Source of the DNA: a virus
Taxonomy: Duplodnaviria; Caudoviricetes
Reading direction: 5' to 3' (one strand)
Virus record (IMG/VR): IMGVR_UViG_3300022930_000028
Span: 1-26,809 of that record
DNA length: 26,809 nucleotides
The notes under the pieces were generated by a model. It was not told where the DNA came from, made no database searches, and saw only the letters and a program-made list of their open reading frames with translations. Positions 7,660-16,622 of the stretch are shown here, one piece after another; the stretch's first letter is position 1, and each line of letters begins with the position of its first letter. The translations under genes were made by a program, and so were the position numbers.

Positions 7660-7690
7660 TCACCCATCGCAGCGATACACCACTGCGAAC

Positions 7691-7702
7691 CGCTCTTTAA
7701 CA
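7691..7702 (+). promoter_or_regulatory. boxA antitermination (nut-like) site
   Basis: CGCTCTTTAACA just downstream of the PL-like promoter, preceded by a TCGCAG/CTGCGA hairpin. Confidence 0.8.
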
Positions 7703-7966
7703 GTCTGACGTGACCACCGCGACGTACCCAGGCCATTACCTGGGTCGGAAGAAGCTAAATCGCCGCCCAAGCAGCCTCTGGATAGCTGCCGTACTCCCAA
7801 ATGTGAGTACGCGAAACCACGCAAGCCAGCTAGGAAGAACACCGGACACGAAATGTGTGACCTGGCCAGAGATATGAATCGGGCGATGCGCGTGGTGGAG
7901 AAACGGACATTTTCACTTCTGCACCTGGTGACGGGTGCAGCGGGAAAACAACCGGGAGTCACGACG

Positions 7967-8350
7967 ATGGAAGCAACAATCATCAACGGCGCATGGAAGG
8001 GTCACCTCGGACGTGGCCTGGCACCGCGAGAGCTTCAGTTTCTACTTTGGATTGCCCAGGGCTTCACCTCGAAAGAGATCGCCCGGGAAGCAGGCATTGA
8101 GTACGGCAGCGTCAAGAAGCGCCTGACCAATGCGATGTTCAAGCTTGGCGTGACGAAGCGCACTGCTTTGGTGGCTGAGGCAATGAAGCGCCAGATCATC
8201 ACGCCGGTGTGTTTCGTGCTGGCGGCGCTGATCGCCATGCACTCGATGATCAGTGACGACTCATTGCGTCGTGATCGCCGGGCGCCGGAAAGGCGAATGG
8301 CCCAGGTGCGGATGGTGCGCCGGACGGAATGTCCCGAGTTGATGGGCTGA
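7967..8350 (+). CDS. LuxR-type HTH regulator, first gene of the early operon
   Basis: LAPRELQFLLWIAQGFTSKEIAREAGI...VKKRLTNAMFKLGVTKRTALV; GGGAG RBS. Confidence 0.85.
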   Translation: MEATIINGAWKGHLGRGLAPRELQFLLWIAQGFTSKEIAREAGIEYGSVKKRLTNAMFKLGVTKRTALVAEAMKRQIITPVCFVLAALIAMHSMISDDSLRRDRRAPERRMAQVRMVRRTECPELMG

Positions 8351-8428
8351 GCAGTACGGGCCTTTTCGCTGATGCACCTGATTGCGCGGGTGTATCGGGA
8401 AAACAACCGATCAAGCACGGAGCATCAA

Positions 8429-9211
8429 ATGAGCGAACAAACACTTCAAGCGCTGCTCACCGAGCGCGTTACTGCATACGCTGCATCCGACCGGCCACGC
8501 GAACTGATCAATGAGGGCATCGACAAGATGTTCAAGTCAGTAGTGGAAGACGCTTTCCGGTCCTATGGCGATTTCTCCGGCCAGATCAAAGAGGCAGTCA
8601 AGTCAGCCCTTCCCGCGAATGTTTCCGATATGTTCGAGCTTCAGCGATACAACGCCATCATCGCCAACGCACTTCGCCAGCGCTGGGAAGAGGCTGCAAT
8701 GGGTTCGATTATCTTGGAGCACGCGGACAAATCGATTACCGACATCTTGACGGGTGAAGGCCTGTTGACTGGCGAGGTCTCGCTAAAAGCCCTTCTTGAC
8801 TCGTTCATCGAAGAAAACAAAGAGCAAGCTGCAGAAGAGCGCTGGAGCAGGCCTGAAATACGTTTCGAGGAAGACGACAGCCACTCGATGAAGTTTTTCC
8901 ACGTTTACTTTGACCCTGAGCCAGAAGAAAGCGCCAGAAGCGCTGGCTATTCGTCGGCGGGGCGCAGCGATCACAGTTTGAAGCACGCTCTTCACGTGAG
9001 CATAAAGGGCGAGCGCGATACCGGAGACCGCTGGCGAGCAAATGAGCAGTTTGGCGAGGTCTATAGCGCCAGGCTCGATGACAAGAAGATCGCCATCAAT
9101 ATGCGGGTTCGCACGAAGTGGGAACGCATGCTCGCCTCCCTGTACTTCGGTAACGCAACCCTGGTGATTGACTGTGAGCCGGATGATTTTTCCTACGGCT
9201 TCGACGACTGA
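8429..9211 (+). CDS. Phage hypothetical protein (260 aa)
   Basis: GGAG RBS before MSEQTLQ; long ORF in operon orientation. Confidence 0.8.
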   Translation: MSEQTLQALLTERVTAYAASDRPRELINEGIDKMFKSVVEDAFRSYGDFSGQIKEAVKSALPANVSDMFELQRYNAIIANALRQRWEEAAMGSIILEHADKSITDILTGEGLLTGEVSLKALLDSFIEENKEQAAEERWSRPEIRFEEDDSHSMKFFHVYFDPEPEESARSAGYSSAGRSDHSLKHALHVSIKGERDTGDRWRANEQFGEVYSARLDDKKIAINMRVRTKWERMLASLYFGNATLVIDCEPDDFSYGFDD

Positions 9212-9276
9212 ACAACCAGCGCCACGACAGCCTGTCGTTAACTGCCCGAGGCCCTGGTACTCCCCAGCACCAGGCT

Positions 9277-9397
9277 GCATCGGAGTGTGATCTGGATGCC
9301 AAGACTGATTGGCTAAGGTCCAGCGGACTTGGGGAACCCCAAGCGGTGACTATCCGCAAAGCCGGAGTTCAGTACCGGTCAGATCACACCCCGATGC
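9277..9397 (+). ncRNA. Candidate multi-arm structured RNA
   Basis: 18-bp closing stem GCATCGGAGTGTGATCTG/CAGATCACACCCCGATGC (1 mismatch) enclosing GCGGA/TCCGC, CTTGGGG/CCCCAAG and GCCGG/CCGGT arms. Confidence 0.5.
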
Positions 9398-9696
9398 GGA
9401 CGACATCGCGGCCTATAACCGCCCACCTGCACACAACTGCCAGAGCACACCGCCGCAGTTGAAACCCCACACGGAGGATTGTCAGCCATGAAGTAATTCA
9501 GAGATTCACCTGCGTGGCGCGGTAAGCCTGAAGGCTGCGCCCAACACCATGACAGGCAGCGGAAAGCAGGGCCGAAGATGTGACCGCGCACCAGCCGAAA
9601 GGTAGGTCCAACCAAAACGACGACGAACACCGCAGGCGAGTCCGAGGGCATAGCTGGCCAGACTCGACACATCCCGGGAAGTGCCGGGCGCCTGCG

Positions 9697-9924
9697 TCAT
9701 CGCGGAATCGTGCGACCGGTGACAATGCTCTTGCTTCCGCAGTTGCAAATAGGAACATGGGATTCGGATCGCCGACGCAGGTGTTCATAGTCGCTTGCTG
9801 CAACAGTATCGAAGCCACTCCACCGATTTTCGGTGTTGCCCAGCTCGTCTGAGCGAACGACCTTCATACCTACATGCCCGCAAGACCTGCAGGTTGCTTT
9901 GTATTGATTTTCATCCCAGCTCAT
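9697..9924 (-). CDS. Small putative zinc-binding protein (moron)
   Basis: CRSC...CNC; AGGAG RBS; antisense to the operon. Confidence 0.6.
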   Translation of the reverse strand: MSWDENQYKATCRSCGHVGMKVVRSDELGNTENRWSGFDTVAASDYEHLRRRSESHVPICNCGSKSIVTGRTIPR

Positions 9925-10075
9925 TTGCCACTCCTTGACGTCGACAAGTCTGTCAAATATAGCAGCGATATCCCCTCCCCACCTTTATCCATCAGCACTT
10001 CCCCCGCGCCCATCGGCAACCAGCGGGAGGCATGAGTGTTGACGAATACAGGTGAACCAACGAATGGAGACGGCC

Positions 10076-10342
10076 ATGAACCAAAGTCATCACGCTTACT
10101 GTGATGTAGCGCTCGCAATGAACCGGCGCCGCAATATGTCCTTGGCGCTTTGCCTTGGGCTGGTCGGCTCCAGCGCCCCGAAGACCTCGCCTCGGCACCG
10201 GGTCATTCCGGTGAGCGATAAGTTCTTCCATATCGTCGACGGCCAGACCGGCAAGGTTGTTGGGTTTCGCCGCGATCACAACGAAGCCTGCGCGCTCGCC
10301 CGACGACTGGAGACCCGCCATGCCGACCAGTTACGCGGATAG
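10076..10342 (+). CDS. Phage hypothetical protein
   Basis: GGAG RBS; FFHIVDGQTGKVVGFRRDHNEACALARRLE. Confidence 0.7.
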   Translation: MNQSHHAYCDVALAMNRRRNMSLALCLGLVGSSAPKTSPRHRVIPVSDKFFHIVDGQTGKVVGFRRDHNEACALARRLETRHADQLRG

Positions 10343-10550
10343 TGCCCAGGCTAGGGAATCCGACAGGCGCTGGGATTTCCCGGAGCGGACGCCAAGCAGT
10401 AGAGCGGCTCTGTTCCACGAATACACGGCAGACGACCTTGCAGAGCGTGACGCCCAGCGTCTCGCAGAACGTGCAAGCCTCAAGCGCCGGATTGGGTTGG
10501 CAATGACCCAGATGGAAGCCATCTGCCCGCCTATTGGAAGTAACGCATGA
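10320..10550 (+). CDS. Phage hypothetical protein
   Basis: GGAG RBS; overlaps both neighbours. Confidence 0.65.
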   Translation: MPTSYADSAQARESDRRWDFPERTPSSRAALFHEYTADDLAERDAQRLAERASLKRRIGLAMTQMEAICPPIGSNA

Positions 10551-10774
10551 ACACCGCCCAGCGCGACCACCAGACCGCAGTCGGCTGGATCGAGGCAGAG
10601 ATCGAAAACATGATCCGCGACCTCGGCAAACCCAACGCCAGCGCTGCAGCGACATCTTGCGTCACCTTGGCTTTTATGCTGCGGGCCATTGATGAGGCCG
10701 AGCATCGCCGCTACCGGGCGCGCATCGACCAGATCTACGCCGAATACAACGCGTCACTCGTTTCTGCCGCTTAA
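10547..10774 (+). CDS. Phage hypothetical protein
   Basis: ATGA start/stop overlap; 75 aa. Confidence 0.7.
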   Translation: MNTAQRDHQTAVGWIEAEIENMIRDLGKPNASAAATSCVTLAFMLRAIDEAEHRRYRARIDQIYAEYNASLVSAA

Positions 10775-10831
10775 CGGCACCACCCCACCACAACACTTTC
10801 AATGCTGCGCCAGGCGCGGCGAGGGATCGTC

Positions 10832-11992
10832 ATGTCCACAAATGCTAAAAAAGCACCCGCACAAGAAGCGCTCGAAATCAGCGAAGCCGAAGATGCGCAA
10901 AAAGCCGTATCCCCTGCGGCAGCGGTCACTGACATCGCTGAATACCGGCCGCACGAAGAACAAATTGTTCGCCTGGAAACGACTTACGCGAAGCTGGTCG
11001 TTGACTGCTCCTCCAGCGAAGGCCTGGCGAATGCAAAGGAAGTCCGCGTCGATATCCGCGACGTGCGCTATGCCCTGGCCAACACTACCAAAACGGCACT
11101 CGTCCCTTATCAACAGAAAGTTAAGGATGCCCAGGCCCGCGTCAATCAGGTAAAGGAATTCGGCGAAACGCTGAAGGCCCGCGTCCTCGTGCTCGAAGAG
11201 CCAATCGACGAAGCCATCAAGTCTGAAGAGAAGCGCGTTGCCGACGCTAAGGCCGAAAAAGAGCGCCTTGAGCAAGAGCGCATCGAGGGCATCCGCGCAA
11301 AAATTACCCGCTTCAGTTCTGTCGCTGCCGCATATGCAAGCCGGAGCGCCGCTGACGTCTCCAGCATTCTGCAAGGCGTCAAGGAGTCGGTGATCCTGCC
11401 CGAAGAATATGGCGAGTTTGAGGCCGAAGGCACCATCGCTCGTGACAACGCCATTGAGCAGTTGGAAGCGCTGCACAAGTCAGCCGTTGAACGAGAAGAG
11501 GCTGCGGAAAAACTGCTGGCCCAGCAGAAAGAGCTTGAAGAGCTGCGCGAGAAGCAACGCGTCGCTGACGCTGAAGCCGAGGAACTGCGCAAGCAACGCG
11601 CCGAGGAAGATCGTAAGCGCTTAAAGCAGCAACAGGACGAACTGGACCAGCAGCGCCGCGATATGGAAGCGCAGCAACGCCAACAGCGTGAGCAGCAGGA
11701 AGAGCAACAGCGCCAGCAGCGCGAACGTGACGCCCAGTATCAGCGCGACCAGGAAGAACTGGCCCGTCTTCGCGCCCAGGCTATTGCCCCGGCACCAGTA
11801 ACTGCTGCAGCTGCACCTGTGATCGTAGAGAACGTTGAAGTCACGCCGATCAGTTCGCATGCGATCGGTGATAACACCGACGATGCCACTACAGGCGCGC
11901 CACTCGTTGACGACATCGTCGAGGTTGTGGCGCTGGGCTTCGACGTGACCATCGACACCGCTCGCACCTGGCTACGCGCCATCCGCTTCTAA
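10832..11992 (+). CDS. Coiled-coil protein upstream of the recombination genes
   Basis: Long E/Q/R/K-rich heptad region; GAGGG RBS before MSTNAKK. Confidence 0.8.
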   Translation: MSTNAKKAPAQEALEISEAEDAQKAVSPAAAVTDIAEYRPHEEQIVRLETTYAKLVVDCSSSEGLANAKEVRVDIRDVRYALANTTKTALVPYQQKVKDAQARVNQVKEFGETLKARVLVLEEPIDEAIKSEEKRVADAKAEKERLEQERIEGIRAKITRFSSVAAAYASRSAADVSSILQGVKESVILPEEYGEFEAEGTIARDNAIEQLEALHKSAVEREEAAEKLLAQQKELEELREKQRVADAEAEELRKQRAEEDRKRLKQQQDELDQQRRDMEAQQRQQREQQEEQQRQQRERDAQYQRDQEELARLRAQAIAPAPVTAAAAPVIVENVEVTPISSHAIGDNTDDATTGAPLVDDIVEVVALGFDVTIDTARTWLRAIRF

Positions 11993-12045
11993 CCACCCTT
12001 TCCACCCGAAAGCCGACACTTCCCTTGTCGGCCAGGGAGAGCGCT

Positions 12046-13035
12046 ATGACCGATACAGACACGCAAGCACAAACGGGCCTCGCCACGTACCACGATCCAT
12101 CGCACAACGCCGCGGCGCTCATCCTCGACCCGGGCACCATGAGGTCGATGAGCGACCTGGCGTTGATGATGTCGAAGGGTGTTACGACAGTGCCGAAGCA
12201 TCTGAAGGGTAATCAAGCCGACTGCATGGCTGTAGTGCTGCAGGCCATGCAGTGGCAGATGAACCCCTTCGCTGTTGCGCAGAAGACATTCATCGTCAAC
12301 GGCGGCGCATTGAGCTATGAGGCTCAGCTTGTTAACGCGGTGATTACCGCCAAGGCCCCAGTCAAGGGTCGACTGAACTTCGAATGGTTCGGATCGTGGG
12401 AAAACGTCATCGGGAAGATGCGCGAAGTCACGAGCAAAACCAAGAAGGACGAAGACACTGGTGAGCCCAAAAAATACCGCGTCCCCGCCTGGAGCTTTGA
12501 CGACGAAAAAGGTCTCGGCATCAAAGTATGGGCGACATTTAAAGGCGAGGATGAGCCGCGTACCTTGGAGCTTCTGCTCACCCAGGTTCGCACGCGCAAC
12601 TCTACGCTTTGGGCTGAGGACCCCAAACAACAAATCGCCTACCTGGTGACCAAAAAGTGGGCTCGCCTCTTCTGCCCTGACGTGATCCTTGGCGTCTACA
12701 CCCCCGACGAATTTGAAGACTCGTACGGTGGTGAGATCGACATCACCCCGGCCAAGCATGCTGCAAATACCGCTGCCGCCGCCGGCGTCACGTTCGGTCC
12801 AAAATCCCCATCACCGGAAATCGACGGTGTATTCGCAGACCTTCTGGTAGTCGCGAAGCGGCAAGACATCGAAGCCTATGCAGCGGCTTGGGCAGGTCTC
12901 AAGCCGAAGCAGCGCGCAGCAATCGGCCTGGAGTGCCACGAAGCCCTCAAAGCCATGGCGGCGACCGTCGATGCCGACTTTACCGATATGACGGGCTCCA
13001 ACGGCGACCAGTCCCAGACAGAGGAGGCGGCATAG
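12046..13035 (+). CDS. recT: RecT-family ssDNA annealing protein
   Basis: VPKHLKGNQADCMAVVLQAMQWQMNPFAVAQKT...WAEDPKQQIAY...WARLFCPDVILGVYTPDE. Confidence 0.85.
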   Translation: MTDTDTQAQTGLATYHDPSHNAAALILDPGTMRSMSDLALMMSKGVTTVPKHLKGNQADCMAVVLQAMQWQMNPFAVAQKTFIVNGGALSYEAQLVNAVITAKAPVKGRLNFEWFGSWENVIGKMREVTSKTKKDEDTGEPKKYRVPAWSFDDEKGLGIKVWATFKGEDEPRTLELLLTQVRTRNSTLWAEDPKQQIAYLVTKKWARLFCPDVILGVYTPDEFEDSYGGEIDITPAKHAANTAAAAGVTFGPKSPSPEIDGVFADLLVVAKRQDIEAYAAAWAGLKPKQRAAIGLECHEALKAMAATVDADFTDMTGSNGDQSQTEEAA

Positions 13036-13697
13036 TGAGAACGGAACTTCAGGGCACCGAAAAATGGCGTCAGGACCGGTCTGGCCGCTTAACAGCCAGC
13101 CGCTTTAAAGATGTGGTGGCCTGGGGGAAGCCTGACAAAAATGGGAAGCGCGAACCTATGGGTGCGCGCACCTCATACATGCGCGAGCTGTGCTTCGAGC
13201 GACTGGCAAAGAAGTCCAAGCACAACGTCAGTAGCGCGTCTATGAAGTGGGGTCACACCGAAGAACAAAAGGCGCAGGACGCCTACGAGATGCTAACCGG
13301 CAACATCGTCCTGCCCTCGGAGTTCATCGTTCACCCAAAGTACGACTGGCTGGGCTGCTCACCCGACGGCCTCATCAACGATGACGGGGGCACCGAATCG
13401 AAGTGCCCCTTCAACGAAGCGATACACGTCAGGACCTGGCTGGAAGGCATGCCCGAAGAACATATGCCGCAGGTTCAGGGCTGCATGTTCGTTACAGGTC
13501 GCAAGTGGTGGGACTTTCTGTCTTTCGATTCTCGCCAAGATGAAGAGTGTCAGCTTTATATCGAGACGATTTACCGCGACGAAGACTACATCGCCAACCT
13601 GCACAAAGAGCTGGTCCAGTTCAACCTGGAACTGAACCGCATGGTTGATGAGGTAGCGGACAAAGCTCGGGCGCAAGCCCATCGCCTAGGAGCCTGA
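13035..13697 (+). CDS. YqaJ/lambda-exonuclease family protein
   Basis: RSGRLTASRF, MKWGHTEE, LGCSPDGL, ESKCP, QVQGCM motifs; GTG start overlapping the RecT stop. Confidence 0.9.
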   Translation: MRTELQGTEKWRQDRSGRLTASRFKDVVAWGKPDKNGKREPMGARTSYMRELCFERLAKKSKHNVSSASMKWGHTEEQKAQDAYEMLTGNIVLPSEFIVHPKYDWLGCSPDGLINDDGGTESKCPFNEAIHVRTWLEGMPEEHMPQVQGCMFVTGRKWWDFLSFDSRQDEECQLYIETIYRDEDYIANLHKELVQFNLELNRMVDEVADKARAQAHRLGA

Positions 13698-13699
13698 CC

Positions 13700-13942
13700 A
13701 TGATCAGCAACCTAAAATCAGACATCGAGTTCCGGCGCGAGAAAGCGCTGGAGCTTTCCAGTCAGGTCCGTCGGCACTTGGACGCCGGTGGCAAATACAC
13801 CATCGGCGATAGCCCGGCGATCAATCCAGACCCAGCCAAGCGTTCGCAAATCATCGACCCGACAACCATCCTCCAGCGCCGCAAGCCTCCGATTTCAAGG
13901 GCTGAGCGTAACGCGCTGCGCAAACTCGCGGAGGCCATATGA
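13700..13942 (+). CDS. Phage hypothetical protein
   Basis: AGGAG RBS; 80 aa. Confidence 0.7.
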   Translation: MISNLKSDIEFRREKALELSSQVRRHLDAGGKYTIGDSPAINPDPAKRSQIIDPTTILQRRKPPISRAERNALRKLAEAI

Positions 13943-14409
13943 GCAAGCGCAAGCCTCACAACTTCAAAGCCCGCATTGACCGATCCTGCCGGTCGCTGCT
14001 AGCAACCAACCATGTCGCAGTGGTCAATATCGACCCCAGCGGCCGCCAGGGCATGATCAATTACAAGTCGCTGAAGAACATCGCACCGGGAAAGATTGGC
14101 CAGGCTGTCTGCGGTATCCCCCACCGGTGGACGATCTACCTCAGCGCCCTCTGCATCGACGCCCGCGGCGACCGCTACAGCAAGTCGGTAGAGGTGGCAC
14201 CCGATGGCGTCTACCTCTCCGACCACCTGGAAGACGTGATCGAGCATTGCTACAAGAAGCTGCGCGACGAGGCCAATCAGAGCCAGATGGTGGCTTCGGG
14301 TTGGATTGCAATCCCTGAAGCGATGTCGCTCGTTGAGGAACACGCCGCGCGGATCTTCGAAGCTGTCGGCGCCTGGAATCAGCAGAAGGTCGCTGCATGC
14401 GCCGCATAG
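13939..14409 (+). CDS. Phage hypothetical protein
   Basis: GGAGG RBS, ATGA overlap; 156 aa. Confidence 0.75.
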   Translation: MSKRKPHNFKARIDRSCRSLLATNHVAVVNIDPSGRQGMINYKSLKNIAPGKIGQAVCGIPHRWTIYLSALCIDARGDRYSKSVEVAPDGVYLSDHLEDVIEHCYKKLRDEANQSQMVASGWIAIPEAMSLVEEHAARIFEAVGAWNQQKVAACAA

Positions 14410-14478
14410 CCCGCATCCAGCAACGAAAACGCCAAACCTGGCTCGCACTGCCGGCCAGCGGAATAGAACAGGTAGGCC

Positions 14479-14808
14479 ATGGCCAAGACTGTTCAGGAAC
14501 GATCGGCCAAGGCTGCGCAGAAGCGGCTGGCGGTCGCCGAAAAGGAATTGCGACACAAGGTACGACCGGGCATCGAACAGGCCATGGAGCGTATACGGCT
14601 TCGCGGCAAGGTGCCGATCATCAGCGAGGTTCTGCAGATCGCCATCATGAAGATGGACTTGATGGCAGACGACGAGCTCGCGGCCTTCTTGAGTTATCCG
14701 CGCCACGAAATCGTGATTAGCGAAAACGCGGCGCGAGAATTTCACAACGAGAGCCTGCGCGAACTCAAGCGTGACCCTGGTGATGGGATACTGCATTATC
14801 AGGATTAG
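14479..14808 (+). CDS. Phage hypothetical protein, possibly DNA-binding
   Basis: Basic N-terminus MAKTVQERSAKAAQKR; 109 aa. Confidence 0.7.
   Translation: MAKTVQERSAKAAQKRLAVAEKELRHKVRPGIEQAMERIRLRGKVPIISEVLQIAIMKMDLMADDELAAFLSYPRHEIVISENAAREFHNESLRELKRDPGDGILHYQD
14691..14762 (+). repeat. ~72-bp segment duplicated at 16527-16598
   Basis: YPRHEIVISENAAREF vs FPRHKIVISENVAREF, with matching DNA. Confidence 0.8.
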
Positions 14809-14823
14809 TTCGAAGACCGATCC

Positions 14824-15408
14824 TTAATTGAAGATTTGACCATACAAAATGTAAATGTAGAAGACAAGGCACAAAATTACTGCAATTAAGCCTAAAAGAG
14901 TGAACCAGAAAGAGAACCGTTTTAACGCTTGAAACACGGCCTCCCCCTTCTTAACTTTCTCCCACTCAACTTTTAATAGGGAAGCGACATCTTTCATAAT
15001 GCCTTTCACTATCAACTCCGCATTGTTTTTTCCTTTCCCTAATGAATTCTCGAGCGAAGCTAGTTTAACAATTAACACACTATGCTCTTTTTCATTTAGC
15101 CTTAGAAGAACCCTGTTAGTCAGAGTTTTCATACTAACAATTTCTTTTTGGTACTTCACCCAGAGACTCTCTAAAACCTTATCATTATCGACGCATTGCT
15201 TTAGCTCACTATCGAACGCGGCAGCCAGCAAATTAAAGATAGATAAAAGTTCCGAGATATCATTTCTCAGTGAATCTATCCATGATTGGCGAAACTCAGA
15301 AATTCTATGCTCTTTTGTCAATACTGAAATAACAAATGCCACAACACCAGCTATTGCTGCTGCCGTGATTGTAGCCAGAGCCGGAAGTAAAGGGGTTATT
15401 TCTGCCAT
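14824..15408 (-). CDS. AT-rich membrane protein (N- and C-terminal TM helices), moron
   Basis: AAAIAGVVAFVISVL and FWFTLLGLIAVILCLVFYIYIL; AAGGAG RBS; visibly AT-richer than its flanks. Confidence 0.8.
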   Translation of the reverse strand: MAEITPLLPALATITAAAIAGVVAFVISVLTKEHRISEFRQSWIDSLRNDISELLSIFNLLAAAFDSELKQCVDNDKVLESLWVKYQKEIVSMKTLTNRVLLRLNEKEHSVLIVKLASLENSLGKGKNNAELIVKGIMKDVASLLKVEWEKVKKGEAVFQALKRFSFWFTLLGLIAVILCLVFYIYILYGQIFN

Positions 15409-15515
15409 AGCATTTCGCTCCTTGAATTATATTTCCAAGGCGACAGCATATACCTACAAAAACCCAAATTGCCACCACCGGTCACGGAGGGCGGCGCCTA
15501 CCTGAGGTAAACGCA

Positions 15516-16523
15516 ATGCCCATTCGCCACAGCGTCATCCACAAGATCGACAAGAAGCCAGACGGCACACCTGCAGCACTGCATCTGGCTGGTGCAGAGC
15601 AGATCGACTGCGGCGCCCGCGACGACCTGATGAGCCAGCTCAACGAAAGCTACAACGCCACCGCCGGCAAGGCCTGGGGTTTCTTCCATGCTGAATCAGG
15701 CGCCTACCCTTTCAGCGGCTGGCTCGGCAAGTACCTGGCCGGGGTCGGCGACTTCCTCAAGTTCAGCACTACCGCCGTCGAGCACCTGGCCAAGCTGATG
15801 GAAGAGTCGAACCTGACCACAGGCGGGCATGCCCTCTTCTGCCACTACCAACAAGGCCTGACTGATTACCTAGTCATTGCCCTGGTACAGGAAACCGAAG
15901 CGGTGACCATGACCGAAGAGCTGCACCTGATGACGGTGAAGCGCCTGGACCTTGATCACATCCGCCTGGCCGCTCGCATCAACATCAGCGAGTGGAAGAA
16001 CAACCCACAGTCGAAGCAGTACATCTCGTACCTCAAGGGCAAACAGGGTCGCCGGCTCAACGAGTACTTCCGTGATTTCATCGGTTGCCAGGAAGGAATC
16101 GACGGCCCAGGCGAAACCCGCACACTGCTGAAGGCGTTCAGCGACTTCGTTGAAAGCGAGGATCTGGGCGAGGAATCGGCGCGGGAGAAGACGAACACCC
16201 TGGTCAGCTACTCAATGGCCCAGGCCAAACTTGGCGAGCCAATCACCCTCGACGAGCTGTCGGGACTGATCGATGAAGATCAGCCGCGCAGCTTCTACGA
16301 CTTCATCAAGGCCAAGGACTACGGGCTTTCAGAGACCCTGCCGCCGGACAAGAAGACGCTCAACAAATTCCGGCGTTTCACCGGCCGAGCTGAGGGTATG
16401 TCGATCAGCTTCGAGGCGCACCTGCTGGGCGACAAGATCGAGTTTGACGAAGCCGGCGGCACGCTGACTTTGCGCAATCTGCCAACCCAACTCACCGATC
16501 AACTAAAACATGCAGTTGCCTGA
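15516..16523 (+). CDS. yejK: Nucleoid-associated protein, NdpA/YejK family
   Basis: [17 protein letters not shown]...KAWGFF...GGHALF...ARINISEW...YISYLKG...LPTQLTDQL. Confidence 0.9.
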   Translation: MPIRHSVIHKIDKKPDGTPAALHLAGAEQIDCGARDDLMSQLNESYNATAGKAWGFFHAESGAYPFSGWLGKYLAGVGDFLKFSTTAVEHLAKLMEESNLTTGGHALFCHYQQGLTDYLVIALVQETEAVTMTEELHLMTVKRLDLDHIRLAARINISEWKNNPQSKQYISYLKGKQGRRLNEYFRDFIGCQEGIDGPGETRTLLKAFSDFVESEDLGEESAREKTNTLVSYSMAQAKLGEPITLDELSGLIDEDQPRSFYDFIKAKDYGLSETLPPDKKTLNKFRRFTGRAEGMSISFEAHLLGDKIEFDEAGGTLTLRNLPTQLTDQLKHAVA

Positions 16524-16526
16524 TCA

Positions 16527-16598
16527 GAGTTTTCCGCGCCACAAAATCGTGATTAGCGAAAACGTGGCGCGGGAATTTCTTGACCAGAGCTTGAGCGA
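16527..16598 (+). pseudogene. Remnant duplicate of the 3' part of gene 14479-14808
   Basis: Similar to 14691-14762; lacks the 5' part of the gene. Confidence 0.65.
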
Positions 16599-16622
16599 GG
16601 TCAGCAAGGATGCACCGAAACT

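Noticed and set aside
9230-9275. Twister-like ribozyme
   Set aside because: Only superficial TAAC/GCC similarity; I could not build the required pseudoknots.
9277-9397. Canonical tRNA gene
   Set aside because: No 7-nt anticodon loop, standard acceptor stem or CCA; kept only as a candidate structured RNA.
10799-14796. Long minus-strand ORFs (225, 256, 265 aa) opposite the coiled-coil, recT and downstream genes
   Set aside because: Antisense shadows typical of GC-rich coding DNA; no motifs recognised.
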